Assembly (NCBI GenBank): GCA_964537725.1
Contig: CAZICD010000004.1
Location: forward strand, 23,903-87,902
Reading direction: 5' to 3'
Length of the DNA stretch: 64,000 bases
DNA from: an uncultured Spirochaetaceae bacterium
GTDB taxonomy: Bacteria > Spirochaetota > Spirochaetia > DSM-27196 > SLST01
Under the pieces are notes generated by a model. It was not told the origin of the DNA and made no database searches. It saw only the letters and a list, made by a program, of their open reading frames with translations. Positions 7,988 through 16,555 of the stretch are shown one piece after another (within the stretch, counting starts at the first letter, position 1; each line of letters opens with the position of its first letter). The translations under genes and the position numbers were made by a program.

Positions 7988-8902
7988 ATGCATGACCTGA
8001 TCATCATCGGTGCCGGACCCGCCGGATTGGCCGCAGCGCTCTACGCGACGAAGAAGCGCCTCGACTACCTCGTGCTCAGCAGGGATCTGGGCGGCAAGAG
8101 CAACTACTCGGTGGATCTGCCGGAAACCGAGCGCGGCGCCACCATCCGGGCCGACGAGCTGGTCACGGTCTACCGCAGCACGCTCGAGTACCTGCGTCAC
8201 TCGTACCGCCTCGTCGGCGTCACCGGCCTCAGACACGACGACGACGGATTCACCGCCGAGCTCGAGGACGGCTCGACCGAGTCGGCGCGCGCGGTCATCG
8301 TGTCCACGGGCACGCACGTCCGCAAGCTCGACGTACCGGGCGAGCTCACCTTCCTGTCGCGCGGGCTCGGCTACTCATCGATCAGCTATTCGCATCTGTT
8401 CCGCGGCAAGCGCGTGTTCATCGCCGGGAACACCGATCGCGCCGTGAACTCGGCGATCGAGCTGTCGATCCACGCGGACGCGGTGACGCTCGCGCTGCTG
8501 CCCGGCGGGGCATGCGATTCGACGCTCGTCGAACGCGCTCGCGGGCTCGACCGCGTCGACGTGATCGAGAACGCGACGATCGACGAGTTCCGCGGCGACG
8601 AGTACGCTCGCGAGGCGGTCGTCTCGAGCGACGGCGCAAGCCGCACGATCGAGGCCGACGGTTTCTTCGTGGAGCCGGAGCCGGTGCCGAACGCGGATTT
8701 CGTCTTCGACGAAGTCGGTCGCGACAAGGACGGTTACATCGTCGTAGACGGTACGAACGGCACGAACGTTCGCGGCCTCTACGCGGCCGGAGACGTGACG
8801 GGCAACGGCTACGAGCAGATCCTCGTCTCGCTCGGCGAGGGAGCAAAGGCGGCGCTCTCCGCCTACCGCTACCTGCTGAGCACCGGGCTCGAGGGCCGCT
8901 GA
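7988..8902 (+). CDS. Thioredoxin-reductase-like FAD-dependent oxidoreductase lacking the CxxC redox centre
   Basis: N-terminal FAD motif IIIGAGPAGLAAALYA and C-terminal GLYAAGDV..G motif. SSISYS sits where TrxB/AhpF have CATCDG. The second dinucleotide motif is degraded (FIAGNTDRAVNSA). Confidence 0.8.
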   Translation: MHDLIIIGAGPAGLAAALYATKKRLDYLVLSRDLGGKSNYSVDLPETERGATIRADELVTVYRSTLEYLRHSYRLVGVTGLRHDDDGFTAELEDGSTESARAVIVSTGTHVRKLDVPGELTFLSRGLGYSSISYSHLFRGKRVFIAGNTDRAVNSAIELSIHADAVTLALLPGGACDSTLVERARGLDRVDVIENATIDEFRGDEYAREAVVSSDGASRTIEADGFFVEPEPVPNADFVFDEVGRDKDGYIVVDGTNGTNVRGLYAAGDVTGNGYEQILVSLGEGAKAALSAYRYLLSTGLEGR

Positions 8903-8966
8903 CCGCGCGCACGGCGCACAATCGAGAAAAAAAGAGAGAATTTCACCCCGCCTCCCCGTCCTGGCT

Positions 8967-8995
8967 TTGACAGCAGCGCCTCAGGGACCTAGAAT
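8967..8995 (+). promoter_or_regulatory. Near-consensus sigma70 promoter (TTGACA - 17 nt - TAGAAT) of the hydrogenase operon
   Basis: TTGACA at 8967..8972, a 17-nt spacer and TAGAAT at 8990..8995, within the only AT-rich stretch of this region. A ~70-nt leader with palindromes TATCGATA (9008..9015) and CAACCGGTTG (9038..9047) precedes the GGAGGAGG RBS. Confidence 0.5.
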
Positions 8996-9068
8996 TCGCG
9001 CTGTAATTATCGATATAAGAAGTGCCATTTTGACCAGCAACCGGTTGGAACGGCCCGGAGGAGGTCCC

Positions 9069-9584
9069 ATGGTGAACGAGCACGTACGCACGCACGTACC
9101 GGAAGTGGAGCGTGACGAGTCGCTGATCGCTCTCGACCGCTACATCGACGAGCACATGGACATGGAGGGCAATCTGATTCCCGTCCTCCAGTACGCGCAG
9201 CAGGTCTTCGGCTACCTTCCCAAGCCGGTGCTGAAGCACATCAGCGTCCGGCTCGACATTCCGTACAGCGAAGTGTCCGGCGTGGTCACCTTCTACTCGT
9301 TCTTCTCGACGGTGCCTCGCGGCGAGCACATCGTCCGGGTCTGCCTGGGGACGGCGTGCTACGTCCGCGGCGGCAAGGAGGTCCTCGCCGCCTTCCGCGA
9401 CGAGCTCGGCATCGAGGTTGGTGAGACGACCGACGACCGTCTCTTCTCCCTGGAGGTGGGCCGATGCTTCGGCGCGTGCGGACTCGCGCCGGTCGTGATG
9501 ATCGACGACGAGGTCCACCAGCGGGTCAAACCGGCGAAGGTCCGCGAGCTGCTCGCCGGATACCGAAGGGAGGCAGCCGAATGA
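9069..9584 (+). CDS. hydC: [FeFe]-hydrogenase HydC subunit (NuoE-like thioredoxin-fold [2Fe-2S] protein)
   Basis: NuoE/HydC motifs VCLGTACYVRGG and GRCFGACGLAPV. Start at 9069 after GGAGGAGG. The stop overlaps the hydB start (ATGA at 9581). Confidence 0.9.
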   Translation: MVNEHVRTHVPEVERDESLIALDRYIDEHMDMEGNLIPVLQYAQQVFGYLPKPVLKHISVRLDIPYSEVSGVVTFYSFFSTVPRGEHIVRVCLGTACYVRGGKEVLAAFRDELGIEVGETTDDRLFSLEVGRCFGACGLAPVVMIDDEVHQRVKPAKVRELLAGYRREAAE

Positions 9585-12500
9585 ACCGCATCGCCACGAG
9601 GAAGGATCTCGACCGTGTCGCCGCCGAACGAACGGCAGCCGCCGAGAAGCGGCAGCTGCGGTTCCACGTGTGCATGGGCGCGAGCTGCATCGCATCGGGC
9701 GCGAGCGAGGTACTCGAGGCGCTCGAGGCCGAGCTCGCCGGGCGCAACGGCACCGTCGAAGTGAGCGGAACCGGCTGCATGGGGCCGTGCGTCCGTGGTC
9801 CCGTCATCCGGGTCCTCCCGGCCGGCGACACGTTCACCGGCGTCCGGGCGGAAGATATCCCGGGAATCGTCGCGCGAAGCTTCGGCGAAACCGAGGCAGA
9901 CGCCGCGGCGCCGGATGCAACCCTGGGAGACTTCTTCGCGCCGCAACAGCGGATCGTCCTGCGCAACTGCGGCTCGATAGATCCCGCCGCGATCGAGGAC
10001 GCGATCGCCCGCGGCGCGTACGCCGCGCTCGAGCGCGTAATCAGCGGCATGTCTCCCGAGGACATCGTCGCGACGATGAAGGAGTCGGGACTCCGCGGTC
10101 GGGGCGGCGCGGGCTTCCCCACCTGGCTGAAATGGGACCTCACCCGGAAGGCGGAGGGCGAGGTCAAGTTCGTCCTCTGCAACGCGGACGAGGGCGACCC
10201 CGGCGCGTTCATGGACCGCAGCGTCCTCGAGGGCGACCCCCACTCGCTCATCGAAGGCATGGCGATCGCCGCGCGCTGCGTGGGGGCGAGCCAGGGCGTG
10301 GTCTACGTCCGAGCCGAGTACCCGCTCGCGATCGAGCGGCTCGAGCACGCGCTCGGGCAGGCGCGCGAGGCCGGGCTTCTCGGCGAGTCGATCTTCGGCA
10401 GCGACTTCTCATTCGACCTGGAGATCCGGCGCGGGTCGGGAGCCTTCGTCTGCGGCGAGGAGACCGCGCTCATCAATTCGATCGAGGGCAAGCGCGGCGA
10501 GCCGCGGCCGCGGCCGCCCTTCCCGGCGCAGAAGGGGCTCTGGGGCAAGCCGAGCCTGCTCAACAACGTGGAGACGTACGCGAACGTCGCGGCGATCTTC
10601 GCGAACGGCGCACCGTGGTTCGCCGCGCACGGGACACCGGAGAGCCGCGGCACGAAGGTCTTCGCGCTCGCCGGGGCGATCGAGAACACGGGGCTGGTCG
10701 AAGTACCGATCGGCACGACGCTGGGCGAGCTCGTCTACGACATAGGAGGGGGCGTCAAAGGAGGTCGCCCCTTCAAGGCCGCGCAGATCGGCGGCCCGTC
10801 GGGCGGCTGCGTCCCGCGAGATCACCTCGACGTGCCCCTCGACTACGAGTCGCTGCAGGAGCTCGGCGCGATCATGGGCTCCGGCGGGCTCATCGTCATG
10901 GACGACGAGACGTGCATGGTCGACGTCGCGCGCTTCTTCCTCGAGTTCGTCCAGGAAGAGTCGTGCGGCAAGTGCGTGCCGTGCCGCGTGGGCACCAAGC
11001 GGATGCTCGAGATCCTCGACCGGATCACCTCCGGCGAGGGCGAGATGGAGGACATCGACCGGCTCGTGGAGCTCGGCAATCAGATCAAGGAGACCGCGCT
11101 CTGCGGCCTCGGGCAGACCGCGCCCAACCCGGTGCTCTCGACGATACGGCACTTCCGCGACGAGTACGAAGAGCACATCCGCGACCGTCACTGCGCCGCG
11201 GGCGTCTGCCCGGGGCTCGTCCGCGCGCCGTGCGAGAGCGCGTGTCCTGCCGGCGTGGACGTACCCGGCTTCGTGGCGCTCGTCGGCGAGCGTCGGTACG
11301 CCGAGGCGCTCGCGCTGCACCGCAACCGCAACCCGTTCGCGGCCGTCTGCGCGCGCGTCTGTTTCCACACGTGCGAGGACCACTGCCGACGCGCCTCGCT
11401 CGACGACCCCGTCGCCATCCGGGGTATCAAACGGTTCATGGTCGACCAGGAGGTCGTCATCCAGCTCCCCACGGTTCGCGAGAGCGAGGAGAACGCCGCG
11501 CGCAAGGTCGCGATCGTGGGTGCGGGTCCCGCCGGCCTCTCGTGCGCCTACTTCCTCGCACGGCTCGGCTACCGGCCGACGGTCTTCGAGGGCGAATCGC
11601 GGCCGGGCGGCATGCTCGTGCAGACGATTCCCGCCTACCGGCTCCCCCGAGAGACCCTCGCGCGGGAGATCCGGATGATCGAACAGCTCGGAGTCGATAT
11701 CCGCACCGAGCAGAAGCTCGGCCGCGACGTGAGCGTGGCGGGTCTGCGCGAGGAGGGGTACGAGGCGCTCTTCCTCGGACTGGGCGCGCCGCAGTGCATG
11801 GGCATGGGAATCGACGGCGAGGACGCGAAGGGCGTCGTGCGCGCGGGGGATTTCCTGCGTCAGTACAACATCCGCGGCTCGGTGCCGGTCGGCAAGGACG
11901 TCGTCGTCGTGGGCGGCGGTAACGCAGCGGTGGACGCCGCGCGAACCGCACTGCGCCTGGGGGCGGAGAGCGTCACGATCATCTACCGGCGCACGCGCGA
12001 GCAGATGCCCGCCTACGCGGAGGAGATCGAGGAGGCGCTGCTCGAGGGAGTCGAGCTGCGCACGCTGACGCAGCCGGTGGAAGTAACGACCGACCGAACC
12101 GGCGCCGCGAAGGCGCTCAGGTGCGAGTCGATGACGCTCGGTGGCTTCGACCGCAGCGGCCGGCGGCGCCCGAGGCGCTCGGGCGAGGAGAGTTTCCTGC
12201 TGCCGGCCGACCAGGTGATCGTCGCGATCGGCCAGCGGCTGGACGAGTCGGCGCTCGGCGAGCTCGCCGAGCTCGAGTTCACGGACGCCGGTTTCATCGC
12301 CGCCGACCCGCAGACCGGCCAGACGAGCGAGCCGTGGATCTTCGCAGGAGGCGACGCGGCGAGCGGGCCCGAATCGGTCGTCACCGCGATCGCCGCCGGA
12401 GAACGAGCGGCCATCGGCATCAACCTCCTGCTCACCGGACGCGCAGACGCGTTCTGGCGCGAGCCGCAGGAGGTCGACGTCGCCTACGACCCGGACGCCG

Positions 12501-12703
12501 AACCGGCGCCCTACCACCGCGAGCCGTACAGCACGATTCCGGTCGAGCGACGGCGGCACAACTTCGACGAGGTCGAACAACCGTGGTGCGAGGCGGTGGC
12601 GATGCGTCAGTCGCACCGGTGCCTGCGCTGCGATTACGGGAAGCAGATTGCGAAGCCCGTCGAACCGACCAGCGTGACGAAGAAGGAGGAGCTCCATGCC
12701 TGA
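9581..12703 (+). CDS. hydB: [FeFe]-hydrogenase HydB flavoprotein subunit (NuoF-like) fused to a GltD/NfnB-like NADPH-dependent FAD oxidoreductase module (1040 aa)
   Basis: N-terminal [2Fe-2S] region (CMGASC..GCMGPC). NuoF motifs GLRGRGGAGFP, CNADEGDPGAF, ESCGKCVPCR and ALCGLGQTAPNP. From about 11192 it shows GltD-type features: CAAGVCPG..CESACPAGVDVP, VAIVGAGPAGLSCAY, VVVVGGGNAAVDAART..IIYRR and FAGGDAA. Confidence 0.9.
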   Translation: MNRIATRKDLDRVAAERTAAAEKRQLRFHVCMGASCIASGASEVLEALEAELAGRNGTVEVSGTGCMGPCVRGPVIRVLPAGDTFTGVRAEDIPGIVARSFGETEADAAAPDATLGDFFAPQQRIVLRNCGSIDPAAIEDAIARGAYAALERVISGMSPEDIVATMKESGLRGRGGAGFPTWLKWDLTRKAEGEVKFVLCNADEGDPGAFMDRSVLEGDPHSLIEGMAIAARCVGASQGVVYVRAEYPLAIERLEHALGQAREAGLLGESIFGSDFSFDLEIRRGSGAFVCGEETALINSIEGKRGEPRPRPPFPAQKGLWGKPSLLNNVETYANVAAIFANGAPWFAAHGTPESRGTKVFALAGAIENTGLVEVPIGTTLGELVYDIGGGVKGGRPFKAAQIGGPSGGCVPRDHLDVPLDYESLQELGAIMGSGGLIVMDDETCMVDVARFFLEFVQEESCGKCVPCRVGTKRMLEILDRITSGEGEMEDIDRLVELGNQIKETALCGLGQTAPNPVLSTIRHFRDEYEEHIRDRHCAAGVCPGLVRAPCESACPAGVDVPGFVALVGERRYAEALALHRNRNPFAAVCARVCFHTCEDHCRRASLDDPVAIRGIKRFMVDQEVVIQLPTVRESEENAARKVAIVGAGPAGLSCAYFLARLGYRPTVFEGESRPGGMLVQTIPAYRLPRETLAREIRMIEQLGVDIRTEQKLGRDVSVAGLREEGYEALFLGLGAPQCMGMGIDGEDAKGVVRAGDFLRQYNIRGSVPVGKDVVVVGGGNAAVDAARTALRLGAESVTIIYRRTREQMPAYAEEIEEALLEGVELRTLTQPVEVTTDRTGAAKALRCESMTLGGFDRSGRRRPRRSGEESFLLPADQVIVAIGQRLDESALGELAELEFTDAGFIAADPQTGQTSEPWIFAGGDAASGPESVVTAIAAGERAAIGINLLLTGRADAFWREPQEVDVAYDPDAEPAPYHREPYSTIPVERRRHNFDEVEQPWCEAVAMRQSHRCLRCDYGKQIAKPVEPTSVTKKEELHA

Positions 12704-14510
12704 GATCACGATCAACAACCAGCAGCTCGTCGTGGAGCCGGGCTCCACGATCCTCGAGGCCGCCCAGGCGGCAGGCATTCACATCCCGACGCTCTGTCAC
12801 CTCGAGCATCACGCGGCGCAGGGGGCGTGCCGGGTCTGCGTCGTGGAGGTCGAGGGCGCGAAGACGCTGCTCGCATCGTGCGCAACCCCGGTTCGCGACG
12901 GCATGGTCGTGCGTACCAACACGAAGCGCGTCCGCGCGGCGCGGCGCACCGTCGTCGATCTCCTGCTGAGCGAGCACGAGGGCAACTGCCAGTACTGCGA
13001 CCGCAGCATGGACTGCGAGCTCCGTGAGCTCGCGTACACCACCGGTATCGGGGAGCCGTTCTACCCGGGCGAGCGACCGCCGGTCGTCCTCGACCGAAGC
13101 ACGCCCGCGCTCGTCCGCGACAGCGGAAAGTGCATCAAGTGTCGACGGTGCGTGACCGCGTGCAACGAGGTCCAGCAGGTCGGCGCGCTCTTCCCGCAGT
13201 ACCGCGGTTACGGGACGCTCATCGCCCCCGCGTTCGCGGGCGACCTCGACGATGTGGTCTGCGTCCAGTGCGGCCAGTGCGCCGCCGTCTGCCCGGTCGG
13301 CGCCATCTCCGAGCGCGATCACCTGGAAGCCGTGTGGAACGCGCTCGAGGATCCCGACCGGCACGTCGTCGTGCAGACCGCACCGGCGGTCCGCGCCGCG
13401 CTCGGCGAGTGCTTCGACTACGAGCCGGGAACGCTCGTCACCGGCAAGATGATCACCGCGCTGCGCGAGCTCGGCTTCGACGCCGTCTTCGACACCAACT
13501 TCACCGCCGACCTCACGATCATGGAGGAGGGCACCGAGCTGCTGACGCGGCTGAAGCACGCGATCGTGGGCTCGGATGCCGCGGAAGACGCAGCCGGCGC
13601 GGCGCACGGTCACGCGGCCCCCGGTCCGCTGCCGCAGTTCACGAGCTGCTCGCCCGGCTGGATCAAGTACGCCGAGCACTTCTACCCCGAGTTCCTGGCG
13701 AACGTCTCCACGTGCAAGTCGCCGCAGCAGATGTTCGGCGCGCTCGCGAAGACCTGGTACGCCGAGCAGGCGGGGGTCGATCCGGAGAAGATGACCGTCG
13801 TGTCGATCATGCCGTGCACGGCCAAGAAGTTCGAGGCCCAACGCGACGAGATGTCGGCGAGCGGTTACCAGGACGTCGACTACGTGCTCACGACGCGCGA
13901 GCTGGGTCGGATGATCCGCTCCGCGGGAATCGACTTCGACTCGCTGGACGATGGAACCATGGACTCGCCGCTGGGCTTCTCGAGCGGGGCGGCCGACATC
14001 TTCGCGAATACCGGCGGCGTGATGGAGGCAGCGCTGCGCACCGCATGGGAGATCGTCACCGGCCGGGAGCTCCCGGCCGACGATCTTCACGTCGCTCCGG
14101 TGGCCGGACTCGAAGGCATCAAGGAGGCATCGCTCGTCGTCACCGATCCGCTGCCGGAGTGGTCGTTCCTCGACGAGGTCGAGCTGCACGTCGCCGTCGC
14201 CCACGGCCTGGGCAACACGCGAAAGCTGCTCGACGAGATCAAATCCGGGCGGCGAACGTACCACTTCGTCGAGATCATGACCTGCCCGGGCGGGTGCATC
14301 GGCGGGGGTGGCCAGCCCCGGATGACGACCGACGCGGTGCGACGAGCACGGATCGAAGCGATCTACCGCGAGGACGAGGGCAAGCCCGTGCGCAAGTCGC
14401 ATCTCAACCCGGCAATCGTCGAACTGTACGAACGGTACCTCGGCGAGCCGCTCGGCGATCGCTCTCACCGCCTGCTGCACACGCTCTACGAGCAGCGACT
14501 GCGGGTGTAG
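12696..14510 (+). CDS. hydA: [FeFe]-hydrogenase catalytic subunit HydA (M3 architecture, HydABC/group A3-like)
   Basis: Plant-type [2Fe-2S] N-terminus, a His-ligated cluster (HEGNCQYCDRSMDC), and two ferredoxin motifs (CIKCRRCVTAC, CVQCGQCAAVCP). H-cluster motifs are TSCSPGW (variant of TSCCPxW), MPCTAKKFE and EIMTCPGGCIGGGGQP. Confidence 0.9.
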   Translation: MPEITINNQQLVVEPGSTILEAAQAAGIHIPTLCHLEHHAAQGACRVCVVEVEGAKTLLASCATPVRDGMVVRTNTKRVRAARRTVVDLLLSEHEGNCQYCDRSMDCELRELAYTTGIGEPFYPGERPPVVLDRSTPALVRDSGKCIKCRRCVTACNEVQQVGALFPQYRGYGTLIAPAFAGDLDDVVCVQCGQCAAVCPVGAISERDHLEAVWNALEDPDRHVVVQTAPAVRAALGECFDYEPGTLVTGKMITALRELGFDAVFDTNFTADLTIMEEGTELLTRLKHAIVGSDAAEDAAGAAHGHAAPGPLPQFTSCSPGWIKYAEHFYPEFLANVSTCKSPQQMFGALAKTWYAEQAGVDPEKMTVVSIMPCTAKKFEAQRDEMSASGYQDVDYVLTTRELGRMIRSAGIDFDSLDDGTMDSPLGFSSGAADIFANTGGVMEAALRTAWEIVTGRELPADDLHVAPVAGLEGIKEASLVVTDPLPEWSFLDEVELHVAVAHGLGNTRKLLDEIKSGRRTYHFVEIMTCPGGCIGGGGQPRMTTDAVRRARIEAIYREDEGKPVRKSHLNPAIVELYERYLGEPLGDRSHRLLHTLYEQRLRV

Positions 14511-14529
14511 CCGGCGGGCGCGGCTACAC
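14505..14529. terminator. Hairpin between convergent hydA and GH13 genes (possible bidirectional terminator)
   Basis: GTGTAGCCG (14505..14513), a 7-nt loop, then CGGCTACAC (14521..14529). It overlaps both stop codons. No U-tract. Confidence 0.35.
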
Positions 14530-15903
14530 GCGCCGCAGCACCCGCACCCCCCGCGCGGGCACGTCGATCAGGCCGCTCTCCGAGTCGACCGTGACGGGCT
14601 CGCCGCCGAAGAGGCACTCGTAGCCGCCCCGCATGTCGGGCGGCACGACGAGCTGCGTCGGCTCCGGGTCCGCGTTCACCGCGACGAGAACCGTTTCACC
14701 GCCCGCGGCCGCCGCGCCGCCGACGCGCGTGCGCGCGAAGAGGATCGTCGCGCTGTCGACCGCGAGGAGCCGGAAGCCCCCCGTCCGCAGCGCCGCGGAG
14801 CTCGCGCGCACCTCGTTGAGCTCGCGCAGGTACGCGGCGAGCTCCGGGCGGTCACGGCGCATCCCGGTTGCGGGCGGACGCAGCGCCTCGTCGCCCTGCT
14901 CCTTCGCACCCGCCATGCCGTACTCGCTGCCGTAGTAGACCGAGGGGATGCCAGGGATCGTCCAGAGAAGCGCGTAGAGCGGGTATACGTGGTCTTCGGT
15001 CACCAGCCGTGACGCGAGCCGGTCTACATCGTGGTTGTCCGCAAAGTTGTACGGCAGCTTGCCACGCGTGAGCGCATCGGCCAGGAGCCCGCCCGGCCCG
15101 AAGAGCCGATCGAGCGAGTGTGCGATCTCGTGCAGGTTTCGATCGTTGAACGACGACCAGAGGCCCTTGTAGCACTCGTAGTTCGTTACGCTGTCCAGCC
15201 GGCCCGGGGCGACGAACGCGGCGTAATCCCCGTGAATGACCTCGCCCATGAGCCACGCGTCCGCCCTGAGGCTCCGCAGCCGGGCGGCGAGCGCGTCGAG
15301 GAAGTCGAACGGCAGGCTGTAGGCCACGTCGAGGCGAATGCCGTCAACGCCGTAGCGCTCGATCGCGTGCTCGGCCGCACGGATGAGGTGCTCGCGAACC
15401 TCCGGTTCGTCGTGGTTGAGAGCGACGAGGTCCTCCACGCCTTCCCAGCCCTCGTAGACGAACCCGTCGCCGAACCGATTGTCCGATCCGAAGTCGACGC
15501 CGCGAAACCACGCGCGGTAGGCCGAGCCCTCGCCCTCCTCGCGCAACCGCACGAAGGGCTCGAAGCCGCGGCCCACGTGGTTGTATACGCCGTCGAGGAC
15601 CACCGCGACTCCCCGCTCGTGAGAAGCGGCGGCGAGCGCGGCGAGATCGTCGTCCTCGCCCAGGCGTCGGTCGAGCCGGAAGTAGTCGTGCGTGTCGTAG
15701 CCGTGCGATCCCGACTCGAACACCGGCCCCAGGTAGAGCGCGTTGAAGCCGAGCGAGACGATCCGGTCGAGGTCACGGGTGATCGTGTCGATCCGCGTGA
15801 CCGGCGGCTGCGAGGCGTCGTTGACGCGCGGCGCCGCGCAGTACCCGAGCGGGTAGATGTGATAGAAGGTGGCGCCGTGCCACCACGATTCGACGATGCT
15901 CAT
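14524..15903 (-). CDS. Glycoside hydrolase family 13 (alpha-amylase family) protein, cytoplasmic
   Basis: GH13 conserved regions: VVLDGVYNHVG, GIRLDVAYSLP, LMGEVIHG and FADNHDVDR. Start MSIVESWWHGATFYHIYP at 15903; the track ORF runs on spuriously to 16578. Confidence 0.85.
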   Translation of the reverse strand: MSIVESWWHGATFYHIYPLGYCAAPRVNDASQPPVTRIDTITRDLDRIVSLGFNALYLGPVFESGSHGYDTHDYFRLDRRLGEDDDLAALAAASHERGVAVVLDGVYNHVGRGFEPFVRLREEGEGSAYRAWFRGVDFGSDNRFGDGFVYEGWEGVEDLVALNHDEPEVREHLIRAAEHAIERYGVDGIRLDVAYSLPFDFLDALAARLRSLRADAWLMGEVIHGDYAAFVAPGRLDSVTNYECYKGLWSSFNDRNLHEIAHSLDRLFGPGGLLADALTRGKLPYNFADNHDVDRLASRLVTEDHVYPLYALLWTIPGIPSVYYGSEYGMAGAKEQGDEALRPPATGMRRDRPELAAYLRELNEVRASSAALRTGGFRLLAVDSATILFARTRVGGAAAAGGETVLVAVNADPEPTQLVVPPDMRGGYECLFGGEPVTVDSESGLIDVPARGVRVLRRV

Positions 15904-15920
15904 TGCGCGCCTCCACAGGG

Positions 15921-16523
15921 TTATGAGTAGATACCGTAGCTGAACTGTCGTGCTATTGCGTGAGCGCGCCCCGGGTCCGGTTCGAGCTCGCCGTCGAGCA
16001 GCAACACGGCGTACGCCCATACGATCCCCAGAAGCGACACCGTGTACTCGCGCGAACGACCGCGCATGTTGCCGTGATCCTCCGACGCGTCGCGGAAGAA
16101 CCGATCGACATCGGTCGAAAGCCGCAACCACGCCTCTGCGAGGGCGTCGCGCGTCTCGCTGCCCACCGGCCCGTTCTGCGCGGCGAGCAGGAGGCGCGCG
16201 TGTCGCGGGCACTCCCCCGCGAAGCGCAGCAGCGCCGAGATCACGCGTTCGAGGTCCCGCGGCAGGTCGTGCTTGTACACGGCTGCGTCGCCGAGCACCG
16301 CGAAGAGCCGATCGTCCACGATCGCCGCGATCGCGCCGAGCAGGCCGCGCTTGCTTCCGAAGTGGTGGTAGAGACTGGGCTTGGTGACGTTCGCCTTCTC
16401 GACGATCTCCTGCACCCCGACGGCGTCGTACCCGTGCTCGACGAAGAGGTCGAGCGCGGGATCCAGCAGGCGGTCCCGTCCGTTCACACGCTGCAATATA
16501 CCGATCGGTACATTGCGGGTCAA
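15921..16523 (-). CDS. TetR/AcrR family transcriptional regulator
   Basis: TetR_N HTH: LLDPALDLFVEHGYDAVGVQEIVEKANVTKPSLYHHFGSKRGLL. Apparent TTG start. Confidence 0.85.
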   Translation of the reverse strand: MTRNVPIGILQRVNGRDRLLDPALDLFVEHGYDAVGVQEIVEKANVTKPSLYHHFGSKRGLLGAIAAIVDDRLFAVLGDAAVYKHDLPRDLERVISALLRFAGECPRHARLLLAAQNGPVGSETRDALAEAWLRLSTDVDRFFRDASEDHGNMRGRSREYTVSLLGIVWAYAVLLLDGELEPDPGRAHAIARQFSYGIYS

Positions 16524-16555
16524 CCCCGGATTTCACCCGCGGCCGTGATGATCGT

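Noticed and set aside
10409-12778. 789-aa ORF on the minus strand across hydB/hydA
   Set aside because: It is antisense to genes with unmistakable NuoF/GltD/HydA motifs. The product is Arg/Ala/Gly/Pro-rich low-complexity sequence, typical of shadow ORFs in high-GC DNA, and has no RBS or recognisable domain.
12432-14480. 682-aa minus-strand ORF opposite hydA
   Set aside because: Same reasoning: an antisense shadow of a well-supported gene with a low-complexity Arg/Ala-rich translation.
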